The notes under the pieces: model-generated | Told to the model about the DNA's origin: nothing | Database searches by the model: none | The model's input: the letters and a program-made list of their open reading frames with translations, nothing else | Translations under genes and position numbers: made by a program | Shown here: one piece after another, positions 57,603 to 64,000 of the stretch | Layout: every line of letters starts with the position of its first letter | Numbering within the stretch: position 1 is the first letter of the stretch | Source: Marispirochaeta sp. | GTDB taxonomy: Bacteria; Spirochaetota; Spirochaetia; JC444; Marispirochaetaceae | DNA: 64,000 nt | Direction of reading: 5' to 3' | Assembly: GCA_963676835.2 (NCBI GenBank) | Contig: CAXXFF010000001.1 | Coordinates: forward strand, 800,001-864,000

Positions 57603-59299
57603 CTCCTGTTATCTTTACCGAGAAAACCCAGTGCCGCGACTGTTATAAATGCGTCCGCCACTGTCCGGTAAAAGCTATCCGGGTGGTTGAATCAAGTGCC
57701 ACAGTAGATCAGGATCTCTGTATCTTCTGCGGGCGCTGTGTTGATGTCTGCCCGGCGGGAGCAAAGAAAGTCCGTGATGATATTCCCCGGGCAAAACAGC
57801 TCCTTCAGATAAAAGAGCAGGTTTATGTCTCCCTGGCTCCGTCATACCCGGCGGTATTTCCCGATGAAGGAAAATCCTTTCTCGCAGGACTCAGTACAAA
57901 AGGAATAGCAGGAATCTCCGAAACAGCCCTGGGTGCGGAAGCAGTAACAAGGGAGCAGCGGAAGATTCTTGATGAAGGGTCCGGACTGCAGATATCTTCA
58001 GCCTGCCCGACGGTACGGCTCATGGCAAAACGCTATTTCCCCGAAGCGGAAAAAGCTGTCAGCACTGTCCCATCACCCATGGTTGCCCATGCAAGAATGC
58101 TTCGCCGCTGGTTCGGCAAAGAGATAGGAATAATCTTTATAGGCCCCTGTATCTCCAAGAAAACCGAAGCGGACACCTATCCGGAGCTGATCGATGTGGC
58201 CCTCACCTTCAGTGAAGCCGCAGACTGGCTGGGCGAAGAGATACTGTCCGGGGAGAGCACAGCATGTGAATTTGTACCTTTCCAGGCGGGGAAGGCCTCC
58301 CTTTTTCCGGTAGACGGAGGGATGATCCGGGCAATGGAAAAAAAACCCGAAGACCGCTACCGCAGTTTTCACCAGTCCGGTCCGGCACAGGTACTGGACA
58401 CTCTGAAACGTGCGGGAGAGATGAAGGAGAGCAACTTTTTTCTGGAACTTCTCTCCTGTGAAGGAGGCTGCATAAACGGTCCCGGAATCAGACGGAATCT
58501 CCCCTCTATCCAGAGACAGGCCATAGTGCTGAACACCTGGGAACAGCGCGAAGCATGCAGCGCACTTGAATATACCGCGGAGGATGTGGGAGACAAACCC
58601 TGGCAGGAAATTCTTCCCGCCCCGGCACCGCCTTCAGAGATGACCATAGAAGAGACGCTGAAACTTCTTGGAAAAAGAACACTGGAAGATTTCAAGGACT
58701 GCGGGGGCTGCGGCTACCCCACCTGCAGAGAGTTTGCCATCGGCTATATTCAGGGGAAGGCGGAAAAAGAGATGTGCGTTACAGAAATGCGCAAAATAGC
58801 CCAGAACAAGATTTCAGCCCTTCTCCATACCATACCCATGGGTGTTGTTATTGTAGATCACGATATGCGCATTGTTGAATGCAACCGCCATTTTCTGTCT
58901 CTTTTTGCTGATATTCCCTTCGATGCCGACCAGGGCACCCTGAAGCGGGCAGAGGGCACACGGATTGCCGCATTCCTGGAAGAGTATGACCTGTTCGGGA
59001 AACTCCTTACCCGTAAGGAGAGCCAGGAGCGGATAATTCAGAAAGAGGGAAAAGTAATGCGGGGCAACTTCTTCCAGATCCAGGAAGGCCGCTTTGTCGG
59101 AGCCGTATTCCAGGATATTACAGCCCCCTCGGTAAAACGGGAAATGGTGGTAAAAAAGGCAGAAGAGGTAATCCGCAAAAACCTGGAGAGTGTACAGCAG
59201 ATTGCAGGCCTGCTTGGAGAAAACGCCGCCGAGACCGAAATAATCCTCAACTCGCTTATCAATGCCTTTGAACCCGGAGAACTTCGTCGGAATGAATGA
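57599..59299 (+). CDS. PAS-containing sensory [FeFe]-hydrogenase (group C, HydS/HfsB-like)
   Basis: 2x[4Fe-4S]; ISSACP, GPCISKKTE, ELLSCEGGCINGPG; DCGGCGYPTC; C-terminal PAS. Confidence 0.88.
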   Translation: MTPVIFTEKTQCRDCYKCVRHCPVKAIRVVESSATVDQDLCIFCGRCVDVCPAGAKKVRDDIPRAKQLLQIKEQVYVSLAPSYPAVFPDEGKSFLAGLSTKGIAGISETALGAEAVTREQRKILDEGSGLQISSACPTVRLMAKRYFPEAEKAVSTVPSPMVAHARMLRRWFGKEIGIIFIGPCISKKTEADTYPELIDVALTFSEAADWLGEEILSGESTACEFVPFQAGKASLFPVDGGMIRAMEKKPEDRYRSFHQSGPAQVLDTLKRAGEMKESNFFLELLSCEGGCINGPGIRRNLPSIQRQAIVLNTWEQREACSALEYTAEDVGDKPWQEILPAPAPPSEMTIEETLKLLGKRTLEDFKDCGGCGYPTCREFAIGYIQGKAEKEMCVTEMRKIAQNKISALLHTIPMGVVIVDHDMRIVECNRHFLSLFADIPFDADQGTLKRAEGTRIAAFLEEYDLFGKLLTRKESQERIIQKEGKVMRGNFFQIQEGRFVGAVFQDITAPSVKREMVVKKAEEVIRKNLESVQQIAGLLGENAAETEIILNSLINAFEPGELRRNE

Positions 59300-60485
59300 T
59301 CCCAACGGCCGCTTCGTAGAAGCAGATTACTACCAGCTGTATAAACACAAGAACAAGATCGGCGGAGACGTGTTCCTCCTCTCAAAACGCGAAGAAGACG
59401 GAAGAATAATCTGCGTGCTTTCTGACGGTCTCGGTTCCGGGGTAAAGGCCAATGTTCTGGCAAACCTGACTGCCACCATGGCCCTGAAATACATAGGAGC
59501 GAAGCTGGATGTCCAGAGGGCCGCGGAAATTATTACCAGTACCCTGCCTGTCTGCAGGGAACGTAAAATAAGCTACGCCACTTTTTCTATAGTGGATATT
59601 CAGCCCGACGGCACAACCCAGATTATCGAGTATGATAATCCCTCTTTTCTCTGCTACCGCCGGGATAAAAAGATGGAAATCGAAAGAAGGACAATTCAAT
59701 TGCCCAAAAGATTTGAATACAAGGATGAATTCCTTCACTATTCTGAAATACATCTGCAGGTAGAGGACCGTCTGGTTTTCTTCTCAGACGGGGTAACCCA
59801 GAGCGGCATGGGCTCACGTTCACACCCGCTGGGACTCAGGGACAGCGGCGTAGATGCGGCTGCCCGGGAGTTTATCAGCGATGATGCATCTATCTCCGCC
59901 CGGGATCTGGCTCGAAAGATAACCGTATTCTGTCAGCAGCTTGACGGTTATGCCCCCAAGGATGACATCACCTGCGGTGTTGTCTATTTCCGCCAGCCCC
60001 GGGAAGCCATTGTAGCAACAGGGCCTCCAATGGATCCCGAAAAGGATAAGGATCTGGGCAACAGGGTAAGGAACTTTACCGGCAAGAAGATTATCTGCGG
60101 AGGTACAACCGCAAAGCTGCTCTCCCGGGAGCTTGGAAAGGATGTTACCGTAGACCTGAGCACCAGAGACCGGAAGATACCCCCGGCAGCCAGAATGGAA
60201 GGCATAGACCTGGTCACCGAGGGAATGCTCACCCTGACGGAAGCCGCAAGGATGCTGGAAACGTCTAGCGTCCCGGACCTGGCAGGCGGCAATGCGGCGG
60301 TACAGCTCTGCAGAAACCTGCTGGAAAGTGACAGGGTCTACTTTCTTGTGGGGACTAAGATCAATGAAGCACATCAGGATCCCGGTATGCCCGTGGAGAT
60401 AGGCATCCGCAGGACCCTGGTAAAACGTATATGTGAAATTCTTGAAAAACAGTATCTGAAATCAGCCCAAGTTGAGTTTATTTAG
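59292..60485 (+). CDS. SpoIIE/PP2C-type Ser/Thr phosphatase (HfsC-like)
   Basis: GGDVF, LSDGLGSGVKA, FSDGVTQ, KDDIT. Confidence 0.9.
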   Translation: MNDPNGRFVEADYYQLYKHKNKIGGDVFLLSKREEDGRIICVLSDGLGSGVKANVLANLTATMALKYIGAKLDVQRAAEIITSTLPVCRERKISYATFSIVDIQPDGTTQIIEYDNPSFLCYRRDKKMEIERRTIQLPKRFEYKDEFLHYSEIHLQVEDRLVFFSDGVTQSGMGSRSHPLGLRDSGVDAAAREFISDDASISARDLARKITVFCQQLDGYAPKDDITCGVVYFRQPREAIVATGPPMDPEKDKDLGNRVRNFTGKKIICGGTTAKLLSRELGKDVTVDLSTRDRKIPPAARMEGIDLVTEGMLTLTEAARMLETSSVPDLAGGNAAVQLCRNLLESDRVYFLVGTKINEAHQDPGMPVEIGIRRTLVKRICEILEKQYLKSAQVEFI

Positions 60486-60495
60486 GAGGAAGACC

Positions 60496-60756
60496 ATGAA
60501 GGATTCCCTGGTTGTAAAAATTTGTACTGGAACCGCTTGTTATGTACAGGGCGGATCATTTCTCCTGGATCTGGAAGACCAGCTTACCCCGGAAGAGCGG
60601 GCGCGGGTCGAGGTTCAGGGAGTAGGATGCCTCGGCTACTGCGGCGGCGTTGAAAATGCCCGCCCTCCATTCGCGGTAATAGGTGAAAAACTGATGGGTG
60701 GAATAGACCTGAATGCACTGACCCTGGCGGTCAGAAGCGAACTGAACAAGGACTGA
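60496..60756 (+). CDS. Second small [2Fe-2S] thioredoxin-like protein
   Basis: ICTGTACYVQGG...CLGYC...PPFA. Confidence 0.8.
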   Translation: MKDSLVVKICTGTACYVQGGSFLLDLEDQLTPEERARVEVQGVGCLGYCGGVENARPPFAVIGEKLMGGIDLNALTLAVRSELNKD

Positions 60757-60760
60757 CAAT

Positions 60761-62242
60761 ATGAACAATAATGCTGTATTTGTACGAATTCAGCTGGCTA
60801 AACGCTTTCTGCAGGAGGCTTTCGCCGGTACCCTGAAAAAAGCCATAGACAAAATTCCCGTGGAAATGGTTCCCAAAAGGAGTTCATCCTTCCGCTGCTG
60901 CGTGTATAAGGACAGGGCAATCCTGAGGTACCGGCTCATGGCCCTTCTGGGCGGATCTGTTGAAGCAGAAGAGGATGAAACCCGGCGGCTTGCAGAATAT
61001 GTCGATGACGCAGAAACCAGAGGAGGAGCCCCGGAAGGCCAGGTCCTGACCCTTATTGATACCGCCTGCCACTCCTGCCCTTCCGGCCGGCATACGGTTA
61101 CCAATCTCTGCCGGGGCTGTCTTGCCCAGAAATGTTTTGCCGTCTGCCCCAGGGATGCTGTCAGTTTTGTAGACGGAAAAGCAGTAATCGATAACGAGAA
61201 ATGCGTCAACTGCGGCAAGTGCAAGGAAGCATGCCCCTACAATGCAGTTGTCTACACCCCTGTTCCCTGCGAACAGGCGTGCCCTGTGGGAGCAATAAAG
61301 AAGACTCCCCAAGGCTATGCTGCAATCGATTATGACAAATGTATCTCCTGCGGACAGTGCAGCATGAGCTGTCCCTTCGGCGCGGTTATGGAGCGAAGTC
61401 ACCTATACAATATAGCCACCGAAATGAAACGACCGGATGAGGAAAAACCGGTAGCCCTGGTGGCACCCGCTGCGGCAGGACAGTTTCCCGGCAGTTTCCG
61501 CCAGCTTACCACTGCCCTGAAAAAAGCAGGCTTTGCCGCTGTGGTTGAAGTAGCCTACGGCGCGATCACTACTGTGGCAGAGGAGTCACAGGAGCTGAAG
61601 GAACACCTTGAAAAGGGAAAACCCCTGGCAACCTCCTGCTGCCCGGCATACACGGAAGCAGTGCGGATACATGTTCAGGAGTTCCAGCCCTTCGTCTCCA
61701 CCGCCCAGACCCCCATGGCAGCAACTGCGGCCTATGCGAAGAATGAGTGGCCTGACAGGAAAACCGTTTTCATCGGCCCCTGTATAGCAAAAAGGGTGGA
61801 GGCACGACGGGACAAATCCGCCGACTATGTTATGACCTTTGAGGAACTGGCATCCATGTTCCTGGCTCTGGATATCGATGTGGCGGAATGCGGAGAAACC
61901 GCTCCTGACAACCCGGTGGTAGAAGCTCCTGAACGATTCTTTGCCCGGTCCGGCGGCGTAACTGCAGCGGTACTGCGGACCTTCGCAGAAGAGAAAGGCA
62001 TTGATCCGGAGATTATGCAGGTTGATGGCCTGGACAAGAAGGCCATGACAAAGATGAAACTTGCGGCAACGGGAAAAATCAAGATGGATTTTGCGGAAGT
62101 AATGTGCTGCCCCGGCGGCTGTATCTGCGGCCCGGGCACTGTAGCGAATCCGAGAATCAGCGGTAAGCGGCTGGAGGAGTACGCCAACTCCGACTCAGTC
62201 AGGGAAGCTGAGGAAAAAGCGGAAGCGGAAAAAGCAGGCTAA
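60761..62242 (+). CDS. Monomeric [FeFe]-hydrogenase (group B, HfsD-like)
   Basis: RCCVYK, several ferredoxin motifs, [28 protein letters not shown]. Confidence 0.9.
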   Translation: MNNNAVFVRIQLAKRFLQEAFAGTLKKAIDKIPVEMVPKRSSSFRCCVYKDRAILRYRLMALLGGSVEAEEDETRRLAEYVDDAETRGGAPEGQVLTLIDTACHSCPSGRHTVTNLCRGCLAQKCFAVCPRDAVSFVDGKAVIDNEKCVNCGKCKEACPYNAVVYTPVPCEQACPVGAIKKTPQGYAAIDYDKCISCGQCSMSCPFGAVMERSHLYNIATEMKRPDEEKPVALVAPAAAGQFPGSFRQLTTALKKAGFAAVVEVAYGAITTVAEESQELKEHLEKGKPLATSCCPAYTEAVRIHVQEFQPFVSTAQTPMAATAAYAKNEWPDRKTVFIGPCIAKRVEARRDKSADYVMTFEELASMFLALDIDVAECGETAPDNPVVEAPERFFARSGGVTAAVLRTFAEEKGIDPEIMQVDGLDKKAMTKMKLAATGKIKMDFAEVMCCPGGCICGPGTVANPRISGKRLEEYANSDSVREAEEKAEAEKAG

Positions 62243-63120
62243 GCCCCTTCAATCTGCTCCTCCATATAGGCAATTATCTCGCCGGCCAGGTCCCGGCGGG
62301 ATACAGCCTCGATACCTTCAAGGCCTGGTGAAGAATTGACCTCAATTACCGCCGGGCCTTTGACTGTCCTCAGAAGGTCCACCCCGGCAACCCGGAGGCC
62401 CAGCGCCTGGACTGCTCTGATGGCAGCCTCTTCTTCTGCGCTCGAGATTTTTGTTTCAGAGGCGGTACCTCCCCGGTGAAGGTTTGAACGGAAATCTCCG
62501 GCTTCTCCTTTTCGTATCATACTGGCAGCCACCCTGTTCCCGATAACCAGACAGCGGATATCAGTACCGGAAGACTCCTCAATATACTCCTGAACAAGGA
62601 TATCAGCCTTAATACCGCGAAAGCCTTCGATAACACTTCTCGCAGCCGGCCTGGTCTCGGCAAGCACCACACCTATTCCCTGGGTTCCCTCAAGAATCTT
62701 TACTACAAGGGGTGTTCCCCCTACCATATCAATAAGGTCTTCCGTATAGCGGGTGGAATGGGCAAAGGCGGTTACCGGTATGCCGATCCCCTGTTTGGAG
62801 AGCAGCTGCAGACAGCGAAGTTTATCCCTGGACCGGGAAACCGGTTCTGATTCATTGAGACAGTAGACACCCATCATCTCGAACTGCCGCACCACGGCGG
62901 TGCCGTAAAAGGTGATGGAAGCACCTATTCTCGGAATCACCGCGTTGAAATAGTCGAGATTTTCCCCCCGGTAGTGTATCTCCGGCTCTCCGGAGGCAAT
63001 ACTCATATAGCATTCCAGGGGATTGATAATCCTTACCTGGTGGCCCCTCTCTTCAGCTTTTTCCTGAAGACGTTTTGTTGTGTAAAGATAGCTACGCTGA
63101 GAAAGCAGCAGGATGTTCAC
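62239..63120 (-). CDS. rimK: RimK alpha-L-glutamate ligase
   Basis: [48 protein letters not shown] start at 63120. Confidence 0.93.
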   Translation of the reverse strand: MNILLLSQRSYLYTTKRLQEKAEERGHQVRIINPLECYMSIASGEPEIHYRGENLDYFNAVIPRIGASITFYGTAVVRQFEMMGVYCLNESEPVSRSRDKLRCLQLLSKQGIGIPVTAFAHSTRYTEDLIDMVGGTPLVVKILEGTQGIGVVLAETRPAARSVIEGFRGIKADILVQEYIEESSGTDIRCLVIGNRVAASMIRKGEAGDFRSNLHRGGTASETKISSAEEEAAIRAVQALGLRVAGVDLLRTVKGPAVIEVNSSPGLEGIEAVSRRDLAGEIIAYMEEQIEGA

Positions 63121-63267
63121 CGGTGTGCAGGCCTCCATACCTGGAAAGAGGCATCTCTGCACTGAGCTGCCCCTGTGAAACTGGATAGCCTATTCATAGC
63201 CGGAAAGTCAAGAGACAGGGAAAGCAAAGAGAAATGGAAAGGAGGAAATCTGCCGGTAAAGTGCCTG

Positions 63268-63999
63268 TCAGGTACGCGAAACTGCAGGGAGAAAAATCGA
63301 AAAGGATGATCCCCTGCCGGGCAGACTTTCCACAGTAACCCTGCCGCCATGGACCTGGATTATATGTTTAACAATGGCAAGCCCCAGTCCGGTACCGCCG
63401 GTCTCCCGGCTGCGGGCTTTATCTACCCGGTAGAAACGCTCAAAAATCCTGGGCAGATCCTCTTCGGGAATCCCCACACCGCTGTCGGAAACAGTAAGTT
63501 TCGCCTCCCCCTTTTCAGCCTCCAGAGAAGCGGAAAAACCTTTTCCCGGATCACTGTACTTGACCGCGTTATCCATCAGATTGAATACAGCCTGCTCCAG
63601 GAGGCCCGAATTACCCCGTACATAAACAGGACCGCTGCTGTTCAGCTTCAGTCCCATATTTTTATCTTCCGCCGCAGGGCGAACCTTCTCTGCAGCGGCC
63701 TGAACAATATCCCGGAGATCAACCATGGCCTGGACCATGGTAATTGACCGCTCATCCAGGCGGGAAAGCTGAAGCAGATCCTCAATGATGGCATGCATGG
63801 AATCTGCCTGCTTCTGGATGATACCCAGAAACCGGTTAAGCAGTTCGGGATCTTCGGAAGCTCCGTCCATCAGGGTTTCCACAAAGCCCTTGATGGAAGT
63901 AATGGGAGTTTTAAGCTCATGAGAGACATTGGAAACAAAATCCCTGCGTATTGCTTCACTCCGGCGGATTTCACTTATATCGGTAAAGACAAGAACCGC
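63268..63999 (-). CDS. Sensor histidine kinase (PhoR-like), 5' part outside the window
   Basis: DFVSNVSHELKTPITSIKGF, NLMDNAVKY, DSGVGI, FERFYRVDKARS, GTGLGLAI. Confidence 0.92.
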   Translation of the reverse strand, partial: AVLVFTDISEIRRSEAIRRDFVSNVSHELKTPITSIKGFVETLMDGASEDPELLNRFLGIIQKQADSMHAIIEDLLQLSRLDERSITMVQAMVDLRDIVQAAAEKVRPAAEDKNMGLKLNSSGPVYVRGNSGLLEQAVFNLMDNAVKYSDPGKGFSASLEAEKGEAKLTVSDSGVGIPEEDLPRIFERFYRVDKARSRETGGTGLGLAIVKHIIQVHGGRVTVESLPGRGSSFSIFLPAVSRT

Positions 64000-64000
64000 C

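Overview
Bacterial chromosomal window, probably from a free-living anaerobic spirochaete (inferred from gene content and style). Bases 1-19.2 kb are mostly housekeeping: a cNMP-binding regulator, an ECF sigma/anti-sigma/transglutaminase operon, cysS, murB, mgtE, two ackA paralogues, MocR/DUF2917, a TPP-riboswitch-controlled ykoF-ykoE-(ykoD+ykoC fusion) thiamine/HMP ECF transporter and an MFS permease. Bases 19.2-34.7 kb are an AT-richer accessory island and hold the best candidate for an undescribed system. It is a tandem array of two-gene cassettes, each a 5'-truncated M23 (LytM) Zn-peptidase module plus a secreted partner ending in an almost invariant SH3b domain. Each divergent cassette core is bracketed by near-identical GC-rich 5' and 3' DNA blocks, ends in a cluster of REP-like hairpins and is separated from the next by a toxin-antitoxin module (DUF4160/DUF2442, Rpn, PIN x2; BrnTA and a second DUF4160/DUF2442 follow). 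This looks like a recombination-shuffled polymorphic cell-wall toxin/immunity library. It lies, separated only by a sirtuin gene, divergent from a type II secretion (gsp)-like cluster (34.8-44.8 kb). An IS21 element splits one SH3 gene and a 148-bp MITE splits a relE gene. Bases 45.5-64 kb contain MATE, PadR, a nonsense-split flavodoxin-SCP2 gene, SulP, malic enzyme, an Omp85-type barrel, an NDK-like protein, rex plus an hfs-type sensory/catalytic [FeFe]-hydrogenase operon, rimK and a truncated PhoR-like kinase. All calls come from reading motifs by eye; no database searches were run.
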